Positions 1-11,787 of a stretch of 64,000 nt of DNA are shown here, one piece after another. The position numbers were made by a program, and so were the translations under genes. This DNA is from Octopus vulgaris (lineage: Eukaryota), in the NCBI GenBank assembly GCA_951406725.2, contig OX597833.1, positions 22,692,001 to 22,756,000 on the forward strand, given 5' to 3'. The notes beneath the pieces were generated by a model. It made no database searches. It was given only the letters and a program-made list of their open reading frames with translations, and had not been told where the DNA came from. Every line of letters starts with the position of its first letter. The stretch's first letter is position 1.

Positions 1-40
1 GCTGAATTTGCATTCAGAACGTAAAGACAGACAAAATGCC

Positions 41-272
41 TATTTCTTTACTACCCACAAGGGGCTAAACACAGAGAGGACAAACAAGGACAGACAAACG
101 GATTAAGTCGATTACATCGGCCCCAGTGGGAACTGGTACTTAATTTATCGACCCCGAAAGGATGAAAGGTAAAGTCTACCTCGGCGGAATTTGAATTCAG
201 AACGTAACGGCAGACGAAATACGGCTAAGCATTTCACCCGGCGTGCTAACGTTTCTGCCAGCTCGCCGCCTT
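41..272 (-). mobile_element. tRNA-derived SINE (family A, Meta-like core) inserted into another family A copy
   Basis: Reverse complement reads GGCGGCGAGCTGGCAGAAACGTTAGC...CCTTTCATCCTTTCGGGGTCGATAAA...AAAGAAATA. Direct repeat AGACAGACAAAATGCC at 25-40 and 274-289 is the likely TSD. Confidence 0.85.
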
Positions 273-337
273 TAGACAGACAAAATGCCGTTAAGCATTT
301 CTCCTGGAGTGGTAACGGTTCTGTCTGCTCGCAGCCT

Positions 338-444
338 TAATAATGATAATAATAATAATGATAATAATAATAATAATTATAATAATAATAATAATAATAA
401 TAATAATTATAATAAAAATAATAATAATGATAATAATAATGATA

Positions 445-482
<38 letters not shown>

Positions 483-496
483 AATAATAATAATAA

Positions 497-548
<52 letters not shown>

Positions 549-579
549 TATAATAAAAATAATAATAATGATAATAATA

Positions 580-661
<82 letters not shown>

Positions 662-672
662 TGATGATGATG
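338..672. repeat. compound (AAT)n/(GAT)n microsatellite
   Basis: Trinucleotide tracts that explain the poly-N/D and poly-I/M ORFs. Confidence 0.95.
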
Positions 673-2487
673 GTGATTTCTTTATTCTTTTTTTAAATAA
701 TGATTACGTTGTTGAAGCTGATAACAATTGTTTCTTTATTTGCCACTAGCGCCCCATTCATTTGTTCATACAAGGAACATACATAGGGATAGTGGTGGTG
801 GAGCATTTCAAGCCGTTTGTAGGGAAGAACTAATCAAAGATGTATAAAAAGACAGAAGTTAGAAGACGTTTTACGAAATATTTACATGATAATAATGTTT
901 TGAAAAATTACACAAAATATACAATTATATAAAAAAAAACATACATTAAAAACCAGGTATTCATTTAGAAGGCAAAAAAAGAATACCTGAGTGTCAACGC
1001 ACCAGTATACGAGTGGGAAACTGATACCAAAGGTCAATAACAATACACATCTAATAACTCTTTCCTTGATCACCCTTCCCTTGATCACCCTTCACCGCTA
1101 TGTACACCGGTTCTAAATACTGTTTCATACAAAAACTGCCTGTGATGAGTTTAGACTTTGGACTGGGCACAACAGGGCTCGCGTCCATGTAGTGTTCATA
1201 TAAAAAAAAGAGTTTATGTGATTTTCTTACACTATTCTTACAAATACTCTATTCAGTTCAAGCACCATAGAGCCAGCACCAATTTCCTCATTAATATATA
1301 TCGCGTTTTTAAGGCGGCGCGTCGACAGAATCGTTAGCACCCCAGGCAAAACGCTTAGTAGCATTAAATCCGTCTTTTCGTTCTGAGTTCAATTTCCACT
1401 GAGGTCCTCTTTTCTTTTGGGGTCGATGAAATAAGTACCAGTTGAGCACTTCCTCTGAACTTGCTGGCCTTGTGCCAGAATTTGAAACCAATGTATATCG
1501 CATTTTTGAATATTTGGTGCACACACTTTAGGAAGTTCATCAGATCCTTGTTTGTTTTGTGAAGAACCGTGAATCCCCGCTTGGAGTGGCTGGGTGGGGA
1601 TGAGAACTGGGCCCCGACTCTATTTTTTTTTCTCTTCTTCCTTCTGTGGTAGGGGCAGGCGGGATTTGTTCTTTCTCACACTTATTAACTGCTTTGTCTC
1701 GGAGTACATTTTTTCCCCCATTAAAAGGCTTCATTCCTCTTTCTGGGTTTCATACTGGTTGAAAATGCTTACTAGTCTTGCATTTACTTTTTATTCTTGC
1801 AACATGATGGTGTTGTGCTTCTCAGTATGAAAGAGGGTGAGGGCGGACCTCGTTGTGTGGGAAGACTTACGGAACGTTTTACTTGTCGTCTTTGACATCT
1901 TTGATATCCGAGTTATATGGCGATGCATCTTTCTGGAAAGGTATTTTATTAATTTTACTGAATTTGCTGCAGTTTAACACTTTCTGTTATAGCCTTTCCA
2001 GTTCTGTAGGGTTTAAAAAATGTCAATAGTTTTTACTGTTACAGTTATTGTAGCTTGTCTTCCTTAACCGGATTCTCAATTTTATAACCTCCCTCTAAGC
2101 TCTCATAGCGAGACACAGTTCCTATATTGTCACGTAGTCCTCGGGTATCATCAGGACATGTACAGCCATGGTGTCCCTCCCAGCCACATGTCATTCTCTA
2201 TCACTTTCCCATTGACCATCGGGCTATATTGTATTGCAAAAAATAACAGCCATAGATCGATGCCGTAATCCATAACTATCACTATCGATTTGGTATTTTA
2301 TCGAACTATGTAATCAAGCATCAGTCTATGAGCGGTTTGTGTCAAGTTTGCTGGGATTGCTACCTTTCTTTATCATTTGTTTTAAATACCGTACAAACTG
2401 TCTGAAAATTTTAAAAACTTTTCTGATGTAGGATATCTTATTCTGTTTATTGAAACACGCCAGTATTACTTGTTTATTCAACAGTGA

Positions 2488-2538
<51 letters not shown>

Positions 2539-2544
2539 CCTTTC

Positions 2545-2844
2545 TGCTAAAGGCACAAAACCTGAAATTTTGGGGTGGGGAATAGTTGATTACATTGATT
2601 TCACTGGTACTTAATTTATCGACCCCGAAAGGATGAAAGGCAAAGTCGACCTCAGCGGAATTTGAACTCAGAACGTAGCGAAGGGCGAAAAACCGCTAAG
2701 CATTTTGCCCAGGGTGCTAACGATTCTGCCAGCACGCTACCTTAAGCAAAGTCGGTCTCGGCGGAATTTGAGTTCAGAACGTAAAGACGGTCGAAATGCC
2801 GCCATGCGTTTTTGCCCAGTGTGCAAACGATTCTGCCATCTCGC

Positions 2845-2845
<1 letters not shown>
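2545..2845 (-). mobile_element. family A SINE copies (one near-full, one partial) between (AAT)n tracts
   Basis: TTTATCGACCCCGAAAGGATGAAAGGCAAAGTCGACC core on the reverse strand. Confidence 0.8.
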
Positions 2846-2914
<69 letters not shown>

Positions 2915-2966
2915 TGCAGTACCAGGCAGTGGCTCTCATGGCTTCTGATCTTAATAATAATAATAA

Positions 2967-3522
2967 ATGCCCTGATGCAGTACCAGGCAGTGGCTCTCAT
3001 GGCTTCTGATCTTAACTGATTGGAAGTGTTATCATGTACATTGTTTTGTCTTGGTATAAAAGATGGGCTACAGCAAATATTCTGCTCAATACCACAGATT
3101 TGCTTGTCAGTTGTTTGACCTTAACCAGTTGAGCATGTCCCTTAGTGGCTGACGATATGTGCATCTCTGATCACGAGCAGAAGTAGTGGGGGAGCATCAT
3201 AGCCATGTGTTGAGAGGGATTCTTTGGGGTTTGAATAATTCACCTCTGGAAACATGGGTGGTTTTTTCAACATCCTTAAACAACCCTTATTCAGGGACCG
3301 TTTGAGCGGGATGGGCTACTCAACCTGAAGAAAATTCTAACTGGGCCCCACCTGCAAGGTCATGTGCTGTTTATTTTGATATGAGATCACCATGTTGCGC
3401 ACATATGGTTGTGATGCATGTGCCTGGTGTACCCTTATCAGACGGGTAGTCATGATGGGTATATTGGGCTTCGTATATTTTACCCCAGTGTCACTTTGAT
3501 GGCATGAACTGCTCTCTCACTC
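2967..3522 (+). mobile_element. ~555-bp non-coding (AAT)n-associated retroelement, full-length copy
   Basis: Starts ATGCCCTGATGCAGTACC and ends CTCTCACTC+(AAT)n. Close copies at 33959-34507 (-) and 60065-60618 (+); diverged copy at 5168-5608. Confidence 0.85.
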
Positions 3523-3559
3523 AATAATAATAATAACAATAATAGTAATAATAATAATA

Positions 3560-4372
3560 GAGCCTATTGTCCCGGAACTATCAAACCAATGTGATGAAAA
3601 ATGGTGTAGACCCAAAATGCCGATACTACAACGATGGCATTGAAACAGTGAACCACCTAATCTCTGGGTGTAAAGTTTTAGCACCTGTAGAGTACAAATC
3701 AAGACAGAGTTGGCAAATATTTATCAGGGGTAATGTGTCGGCATTATAAAATCAAAACTGCTGACAAATGGTACAAGCACCACCCTGAGATTGTAACTGA
3801 GGGAGAAAATGTAACGATCCTTTGGGACTTTCCGGTATGTACAGACCAGACCACCAAAGCAAATAAACTAGATATTGCTGTGAATGACCAAAGCAATAAA
3901 GTTTGACATGAGCATATCCTGTGACGATAATATCTTGGCAAAAGAATTTGATAAGCCCAGAAAGTATAAAGATTTAGTAATCGAAATCGAAACAATATGG
4001 CATCTCAAGACGGCTACAATGCCAGTGATTGTAGGAGCACTTGGAGTGATCACAAAAGGAACCGAAAATTATGTATGAATGATCCCTAGCTTACCATCCA
4101 AGCAGGAAGTGCAAAAGATTGTCTTAACTGATACGTTACACGTACCAAGAAGAGCATTGTCGCTGTGAATTTTCTTTCCTTTTCCTCCTTTATTTTTTGT
4201 TTCTTTTTCTTTTTCTCTCTGTCGTTCTTCCCCCTTTTTCTCTATCATATGACTTTGTAAATGAACAATCTGGTGTGTTTATTTTAATGGCCTATCAATG
4301 TATACAGTGCGTTTCTCTGTCCTAGGTGTCAGGAAGACACTCGGCAAGAAATAGAAACAGAATTTAAAGAAG
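3560..4372 (+). mobile_element. R4/Dong-like non-LTR retrotransposon 3' fragment (zinc knuckle + REL endonuclease, frameshifted)
   Basis: PKCRYYNDGIETVNHLISGC (CCHC-like), WYKHHPE, ILWDF, KYKDLVIEIETIWHLK, PVIVGALG; flanked by (AAT)n. Confidence 0.85.
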
Positions 4373-4399
4373 ATAATAATGAAAATAATAATAATGATG

Positions 4400-4464
<65 letters not shown>

Positions 4465-4465
<1 letters not shown>

Positions 4466-5167
4466 GAAGGATTTTCTAAAGAGATAGCTTATCACCGTTG
4501 CATTTTGTACTTTGCATGATTTCTCTTATTTTGCTGCTGAGGAAAGTGAACCTGGGATATCAACTGAAGAGAAAAAAAAAAACACAAAGAATCAGCCACT
4601 TCCTCTTCATAGCTGATTTTAAACTGTGTGAGGTACAAATGACTTCCTTGATGAACGCGGTCCACTATTTTTGTGCTGATGTTAGGATAGAATTCGGACA
4701 CAAGATGTGTAGTATAATGAGCCTAAAAAGAGGTAAGGTACTATCCCTAACAGAGATAGAGTTACCAAATAGGAAAGTGATGAAACACATTGAAAATGAA
4801 GGCTATAAGTACTTTGGCATACTAGAGTTCAATGGATTCATGGAGAAGGAAATGAAAGATCAGCTGAGGAAAGAATATTTCTGAAGACTAAGATTGGTGT
4901 TGCGTTTAAAATTGATTGGATAGAAAAAATCCAAGTAGTAAATACATGGCGATAGTGTCACTTCGGTATGGAGCTAGAATCACAAACTGACAAAAGAAAG
5001 AATTGATGAGTGTGGATACGAAGACACAGAAACTATCGACATTGCACGGAGCATTCCATCCTAATAGTGATACTGATCGGTTGGATTTGTCCAGAAGAAA
5101 GCGTGAGAGAGGTTTGATCAGTTGTCCGAATTGTGTTATATTAGAGTAAAACAGTTTAGGGTGGTAG
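4465..5167 (+). mobile_element. R4/Dong-like reverse transcriptase fragment (degenerate)
   Basis: ISHFLFIADFKL (decayed YxDD region), IEFGHKMC, YKYFGILE, HGAFHPNSDTDRL..RGL; begins at an (AAT)n tract. Confidence 0.8.
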
Positions 5168-5608
5168 GTTTTGTCTTGATGTAAAAGATAGGCTACAACA
5201 AATAGTGTGGTCAATACCACAGATTTGCTTGTCAGCTGCTCGATCTTAACTAGTTGATCATGTTCCTTAGTGGCTGATAATATGTGCATCTCTGATCACG
5301 AGCAGGAGTAGTGGGGAAACATCATAACAATGTGAGAGGAATTCTTTAGGGTCTGAATAATTCATTTCTGGAAACATGGGTGTTTCGTTCATCAGCCTTA
5401 AATAACCTTTATTTAGGGACCTTTTGAGCAGGATGGGCTACTAGACTTGAAGGTATGGTCTTGCGCTATTTATCTTAATATGAGATCATCATGTCGCACA
5501 CATATAGCCGTGATGCATGAACCTGTGTATCTTTATCAGACGGGTAGTCATAATGGGTATATTGAGGCTTGTACCCCAGTTTTGATGGCACGCGCTGCTT
5601 TCTCACTC
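5168..5608 (+). mobile_element. 5'-truncated diverged copy of the ~555-bp element, fused to the Dong RT fragment
   Basis: Aligns by eye to about 3043-3522; ends CTCACTC+(AAT)n. Confidence 0.8.
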
Positions 5609-5689
<81 letters not shown>

Positions 5690-6128
5690 ATTGGTATAAG
5701 GCCTGAAATTTGGGGGAGGGGACAGTTGATTACATCGACCCCAATGTTTCAATGGTACTTAATTCGGCGAGCTGGCAGAAACGTTAGCACGCCGGGCGAA
5801 ATGCTTAGCGGTATTTCGTCTGCGTTACGTTGTGAGTTCAAATTCCGCCGAGGTCGACTTTGCCTTTCATCCTTTCGGGGTCGATAAATTAAGTACCAGT
5901 TACGCACTGGGGTCGATGTAATCGACTTAATACCTATGTCTGTCCTTGTTTGTCCCCTCTGTGTTTAGCCCCTTGTGGGTAATAAAGAAATAGGTACTTA
6001 ATTTATCGACCCCGAAAGGATGAAAGGCAAGGTCGACCTCGGCGGAATTTGAACTCAGAACGTAGCGGCAGACGAAATGCCGCTAAGCATTTTGCCTGGC
6101 GTGCTAATGATTCTGCTAGCTCACCGCC

Positions 6129-6130
<2 letters not shown>
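5690..6130 (-). mobile_element. family A SINE with a plus-strand family A SINE nested at 5765-5992
   Basis: The nested copy is flanked by the direct repeat GGTACTTAATT (5754-5764, 5993-6003). Confidence 0.85.
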
Positions 6131-6202
<72 letters not shown>

Positions 6203-6479
6203 GATGATGATGATGATGATAATGATGATGATTTCTTAAAACTAAGGTTTACACAAGAGCAAGGATGGTACAGGATAATATAATATACAATATGATGTGA
6301 TGCGGGCGACTTGAGTGCGTGTAAGCAGTAACGGTAACAAAGAATCAAGAAAATTAAGACATGAAAAATCTTCCCCAAAGCGGGAGGCTTCCTAGGGCTG
6401 TCAGTAAAAATCTCACAGAACCGCGGTCACCCTGACGATTAGGGCATGTACCTCCTTTCTATCTTATTCCTACAATTTA

Positions 6480-7795
6480 CAAGAGCATGCTCAGAGCAGG
6501 TCCGTTCACTCGGACTATCTTCGCCACATTCACCCATCCGTCAACAATTTTGCTGGACTGCATCACTAAGCCCATTAAATGTGGTCCACCACATAACCTC
6601 AAATTTGTTTGCAATATTCTCTTCCATTGGTGGTTTTACTCGAAGGATATATGCGAAGTGTTCTATTACTTTTGAATACTGTTCTGATGTCATATGGGAT
6701 GCATGTCTTTTGTATTTTTTCGGAGGGGCCTTTCACATAGGGTAGACAGACTGGACCGTTTATTGGTTTCATACTCTCTTTCTTCATAATTGGAGTGGAT
6801 AGTATGGTTTTAGGGTAGTTGTTGCTTAACAAATTGTTATTGAGTTTGATCATTTCTTCGTGGTGTGTATCACGATCGCTACTTATACTCTTTGCTCGAT
6901 GTTTTAGGTACTGCGCAATCCCTCTCTTTACAATTTATGGATGGTGGGAATTGAAGTTGAGGTATCCTCCAGTGAAGGTCGGCTTGCGGTATACGGGTGT
7001 CCTGAATCTATACTTGGTGCATGTTATTAATATGTGCAGGAATGCTAGCTGATTGTCTTTTTCCTTTTCCAATGTGAACTGTATGGATGACTCTATTGAG
7101 TTCACATAATCTAACAGCACTTGGACATCATCCTGGTGGGGCCAGAGTATTAAGGTGTCATCAACATATCGCAGCCATAGGGTTGGTTTTAGTGGTGTTG
7201 ATCCTAAAGCCAAATTCTCAAAGTATTCCATGTATATATTGGCTATTATCGGTGATAATGGCAAACCCATAGCTAAACCCTCTTCTTGTCGATATATGTC
7301 AGTGTCCATACTGAAGTAGGTAGTTTCTACACAGAAGGTCAACATTTTCTGTCAGGTTTCTTGTTGGTATACTAGTGCGTTCTTTTAGATGGGTGTCTGT
7401 CACTAGTTTTTCTTGAATCACCGATAGTGCTTCACTATTTGGGACTTTGGTGAACAGACTCATCACATCTAGTCTCACCATCTGGTTGGATTCAATAGGG
7501 GTATCCTTGATTAATTCTGTGAAGCGGGTGGAATTCTTCACGTGCGATGTTGACTTTCCTGCTAATGGACTGATTATATCCACAAGAAAGCGGCTGAACG
7601 GATGACATGCTGAACCTCTACAGCTCACTATAGGTCTTAATCGAATATCATCCTTGTGAATCTTATGAAGACCGTTCATGTGTGGTAGTTTACTCTAGTT
7701 TGTTGAGTCAGTTGTCTGTACTTCATTGGTGTAAAGTGAGCCTTGTTCTCGATCAAGATCTGTGACAACTTCCTCTCTGTTTTCAGAGTTGGGTC
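6480..7795 (-). mobile_element. Penelope-like element reverse transcriptase remnant (frameshifted)
   Basis: GLHKIHK..RPIVS, GLAMGLPLSPIIANIYMEYFE, WLRYVDDT, FTLEKEKDNQLAFL, VYRKPT..YLNFNSHHP, LPYVKGPSEKI across ORFs 7299-7679, 6935-7345 and 6599-6853. Confidence 0.9.
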
Positions 7796-7808
7796 GAAAT
7801 TTCCCCAA

Positions 7809-7854
7809 GACACCTGATGAAGGCTGGAGGGTGTATCAGCCGAAACTTTGTGTT
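7809..7854 (+). ncRNA. minimal type-I hammerhead ribozyme motif in a PLE-type terminal repeat
   Basis: gacac CTGATGA a ggctg..cagcc GAAA ctt t gtgtt; sibling copy at 60751. Confidence 0.75.
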
Positions 7855-7949
7855 AACAACAAACAAGATGAAGATAAATATCAAATGTAAATAATGTAAA
7901 TAGTGAAGAAATAGCAGTCATGATTTTACCTTCTTAACAATTTACTTTA

Positions 7950-8039
7950 GCCCTGACAAAGGTTTTTGCTTTTCAAATTCATAATGCAATTTAATTGCAT
8001 TTATGTGAATCTAAGCAACAAACCGAAAAACGGGTAGGC
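7950..8039 (+). ncRNA. degenerate hammerhead motif with long stem II; host repeat ends at (TA)n near 8110
   Basis: gcc CTGACAA a ggttt-ttgctt...aagcaa-c-aaacc GAAA aacggg TA ggc. Confidence 0.55.
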
Positions 8040-8108
8040 AACATAATTTGACTATTATGATAAATACATAGATTATTCTATGGATGCATTCTCCATTATC
8101 TTTATATT

Positions 8109-8148
<40 letters not shown>

Positions 8149-8426
8149 TAGTTATGGTGTGTTCCATTAAGAACATGGTAGAGTACAGTATAGAGCTCGC
8201 CCACCTTCAGAATTACCTAGTAGTATCGGTAGTATTATTTTATACCTCCAAATTTAAATTTGGGCATTCGTCGTATAAAGTTGAAGAAATCGTAGTCAAC
8301 AAGGAGGAGTACGGTTGGACATTTGATTATTATTCGCCAAAACAATTGTAGCGAATAATTTCCAACTTGTACTCATTCTTCTTAACTCCAATCGTGAGTG
8401 CAACACGCTAATCACTAGGCGATGCG

Positions 8427-8462
<36 letters not shown>

Positions 8463-8469
8463 AACACAC

Positions 8470-8700
8470 ACGCACACACACATTCTTTTACTTGTTTCAG
8501 TCACTTGACTGCTGCCATGCTGGAGCACCGCCTTTAGTCGAACAAATAGACCCCATGACTTATTCTTTGTAAGCCTAGTACTTATTTTATCGGACACTTT
8601 TTGCCGAACCACTAAGTTATGGGTACGTAAACACACCAACATCAGTTGTCAAGCACTGGTGAGGGAGCAATCACAGATACACAAACATATACATATACAT
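8470..8700 (-). mobile_element. family B SINE 3' part
   Basis: TTTTACTTGTTTCAGTCA..GCTGCCATGCTGGAGCACCGCC tail shared with 21365 and 37318 copies. Confidence 0.75.
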
Positions 8701-8761
8701 ATGTCTGTCCTTGTTTGTCCCCTCTAAGTTTAGCTCCTTGTGGGTAATAAAGAAATAGGTA

Positions 8762-9209
8762 TTGGTCGTGCCGACGTTTGACGTGACGACGAGTTGGTTG
8801 CCGCAGGTGTTGTTGGGTGCGATGACGAGCGCAAATTCGCTGATGGAGGACCGAAGCGCAAACGCAGAACTTGTAATTGATTTGAAGACATTTTGAATTA
8901 TGATGCGTTTTCACTGGAAATCGTTACTTTTATACCTCCTGTACCAATGCATATGCATATAAAGTATCTGCATGTCATTGGTCTACTGCTAGTCTCATGA
9001 CTTGAACGTAACTTAAAATAGCTAAGATAATGCACGGGACAGCGAGCGCGCGCACCTCAAGAGATAAAGTACACAATAGCGAACGTAAACATACGTCAGC
9101 TAAAAAGTCCGTGATAGATGTAGGGCAGCTCTACATTGTATATTTACGTTAACCGTGGGTAGGCAAGCAAAAGTCTGATCGCATATTTGCGTCAACCGTT
9201 GTCAAGGGG
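8762..9209 (-). mobile_element. piggyBac-like transposon terminal fragment
   Basis: Ends ...GTCAAGGGG|TTAA (TTAA at 9210-9213) with subterminal ACGGTTRACG-type repeats; no second end seen. Confidence 0.55.
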
Positions 9210-9617
9210 TTAAGCCTAAAGATTAAAATAGTAATTATTAAATCATTATATTAGACTGCTGAGATGATTCAAAATCACAACACCCAATAACCTAACGGTA
9301 TATCTTTTTTCTACCCCTCTGATGAGACTTTGCCTAATATAATGATTTAATAATTACTATTTTAATCCTTAGGCTTAACTGAAATAGCTGTAAGAGAATA
9401 TGTTGGATTTTTGCAGATAATGAATTTTTATTAAATGCTATATCTCCATTTCCTTAATTTTCTTTTGAATGATTATAAACCATGATTTGTATATAAACCT
9501 ATTATTTTATGAATATTTTTATTATTCACAACAAATATTAAGTAATGATCCAGTAATTCATTGGATATTACTATCCCTTAATGAGGCTAATTTTGCCTCT
9601 AATTGAATTTACAGTTA
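9210..9617 (+). mobile_element. PLE-type terminal repeat with 5' inversion and hammerhead-like motif (9314-9396)
   Basis: Inverted arms about 9210-9253 / 9334-9378; CTGATGAG...gcctaa/ttaggc...GAAA tagctg TA agag; ends at (CA)n. Confidence 0.65.
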
Positions 9618-9618
9618 T

Positions 9619-9657
<39 letters not shown>

Positions 9658-9708
9658 TATGTATATATACATATTGATATATATACATACATACATATAG
9701 ATATATAT

Positions 9709-9761
<53 letters not shown>

Positions 9762-10008
9762 TTATAAAATGAGATAGGGGTTGAAAATTCAACCCACCAT
9801 GGGATAATATATATCCAATATACTGCTAGATAATTACATATTATATTTGAAATTTTATACTTATATCTCTTTGTCTATTTACTCTTACTGTATATTTTGT
9901 ATAATGCCTTTACTGATATGTAATGGTGTATTAAAGTATTGATTGGGTATCATCTGATAGTTGATGTTTTATTGATTTAAGTATGTTTCTCCATTCTCTA
10001 ATTTTGTA

Positions 10009-10067
<59 letters not shown>

Positions 10068-10073
<6 letters not shown>

Positions 10074-10269
10074 ACCTCGTCTGTATCACTCGCGATTTTT
10101 CCCCTGTCTTCCCTTCTCGGGATCTTTCCTTCTCCTATGTTTCCGACGAAGAGCTCCGCTCGAAACGTCAAACCCTCCTTCTTCCCTTCTTTCCTGAGCG
10201 TCCAATAATACTTTATTTGTTCCACGTCCTTGCGTTGTTGTTTTTTTGTTTTTGTTTTCTTGTTTGGAT

Positions 10270-10274
<5 letters not shown>
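10068..10274 (+). mobile_element. ~205-bp PLE-type terminal repeat embedded in (TA)n, with hammerhead variant at 10139-10173
   Basis: gttt CCGACGA a gagc-tcc-gctc GAAA cg TC aaac; second copy at 18311-18515. Confidence 0.75.
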
Positions 10275-10327
<53 letters not shown>

Positions 10328-10330
<3 letters not shown>

Positions 10331-11560
10331 AGAGTTTACGAAAAAAAACAAAAGACGAAGACAGGTGGTGTACAAAACAAACAGATGTATTAGTATAACG
10401 CTCAGGAATAGAAAAAAATCTTTTACGTTTCGAGCCTACGCTCTTCTACAGAAAGGGACACAGAAAAAAAAGGAGAGAAGCAAGGAGAGAAAAAAATGTG
10501 TGTAGTGGCTAACGATCTATCATGGCGACTGACTCGGACAGAAGGGTCACACACGAGAAGGAAAGTAGGGGAAATAACAAAGTAAAGATGACCCTCAATA
10601 CGAAGGTGCGTGTGTGTATAAGAGAGTATGTATGTGCGTGTGAAAGAGGGCTGGTGGTCTGGACGTGTGCGTGTATGTATGTGTAGGTGTGAAAATGTGG
10701 GGATGGGTGTGTGGGTGGTGTGTTGTGATGTGATGTGTAATGTTGTATGGTGTAGTGTGGTGTGGCGAGAGTGGGGAAAGCACGGGTGGAGTGTGGGTTC
10801 GGCTGAGTGTAGGGGTAGAGTTGGGGTTTGTGGGTGGACAGAGGGTGGGGGGTAGAGGTGGGGTATGTGGGAGAGGATGTGTGGGATAGGATGGGGGGGA
10901 TGGGATGGGGGATGAGAAGGATAGGGAAGGTGGAGTAGAAATGTGTAGGGGTGGGTGGGCTTATGGGAGAGGGGAAGGCGGGTATGTGAGGAGAGAGAGG
11001 AGGAGAGAAGAAAGAAAAAGAGTAAGAGAGAAGAGAGAAAAAGAGGGTGAAAGAGTTAGAGAAGAGAGAAAGAGAATAAGAGAGAAAGAGAGAAAGAGGG
11101 AAGAGAGAAAGAGAGAAAGAGGGAAGAGAGAAAGAGAGTAAGAGAGAAGAGGGAAAGAGGAGACAGAAAGAGAGAAAGAGAGTAGGAGAGAAGAGAGAAA
11201 GAAAGTAAGAGAGAAAGAGAGTAGGGGTGAAGAGAAGTAGGAGTGAAGAGGAGGAGTGAAGAGAAGTAGAAGGGAGGAGAAGTAGGAGTGAAGAGAAGTA
11301 GGAGTGAAGAGAAGTAGGAGTGAAGAGAAGTAGGAGTGAAGAGAAGAAGGAGTCGGGGTAAGAGAGGAGAGTTGGGTGGGAGGAAGGAGGAGGGAGGGGA
11401 GGGAGAGGAGAGAAGGAGAGTGAGGAAGCAGAGAGAAAGAGAGTAAGAAAGAAGAGGGAAAGAGAGTAGGGGTGAAGATAAGTAGGAGTCGGGGAGGAGG
11501 TTAGATGAAGAGGGGAGGAAAGTTGAGCCCAAATGGCGTAAAAGAGCGAAGAGAGAAGAT
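10328..11560 (-). mobile_element. PLE-type 3' end with hammerhead variant (10420-10455) and long CA/TC-rich low-complexity body
   Basis: Minus strand cttt CTGTAGA a gagc-gtag-gctc GAAA cg TA aaag; ends at (TA)n; shares TTCCTGAGCGT downstream with the 10068 element. Confidence 0.65.
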
Positions 11561-11743
11561 TAATATATATTTATATAACGTGAAGTATATTTGCCACCTA
11601 AATGTAGCTAACCCTTAGGGGTTGATGCTACTGTAGCTTGTAGCCCCAGGAAGACATCTCCAGCTGAGTTTTGACACACTTTCTGTGCCCTATTAGTATT
11701 TGCAAAGAGAAGTCATCTTTCACATCTCCAGCCTGACGCGATA

Positions 11744-11787
11744 CACACGGACCCGAGTTTCTGGGTATTGACCCTCATCAGCGTGTG
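11744..11787 (-). ncRNA. minimal type-I hammerhead ribozyme motif
   Basis: Minus strand cacacg CTGATGA gggt-caat-accc a GAAA ctcggg TC cgtgtg; 6-bp stem I. Confidence 0.75.

Noticed and set aside
285-749. Long low-complexity ORFs (poly-N/D/I, CMYV, HTYI, YLSI, poly-E/K) here and throughout
   Set aside because: They are translations of microsatellites, with no splice structure or domain signal.
2140-2165. CTGATGA on the minus strand, and similar lone cores near 6432 and 63852
   Set aside because: No correctly placed stem II-GAAA-UH arrangement, so not counted as hammerheads.
780-2480. Possible decayed L1/Tx1-like LINE on the minus strand
   Set aside because: Repeat-like composition, but I could not read a diagnostic motif.
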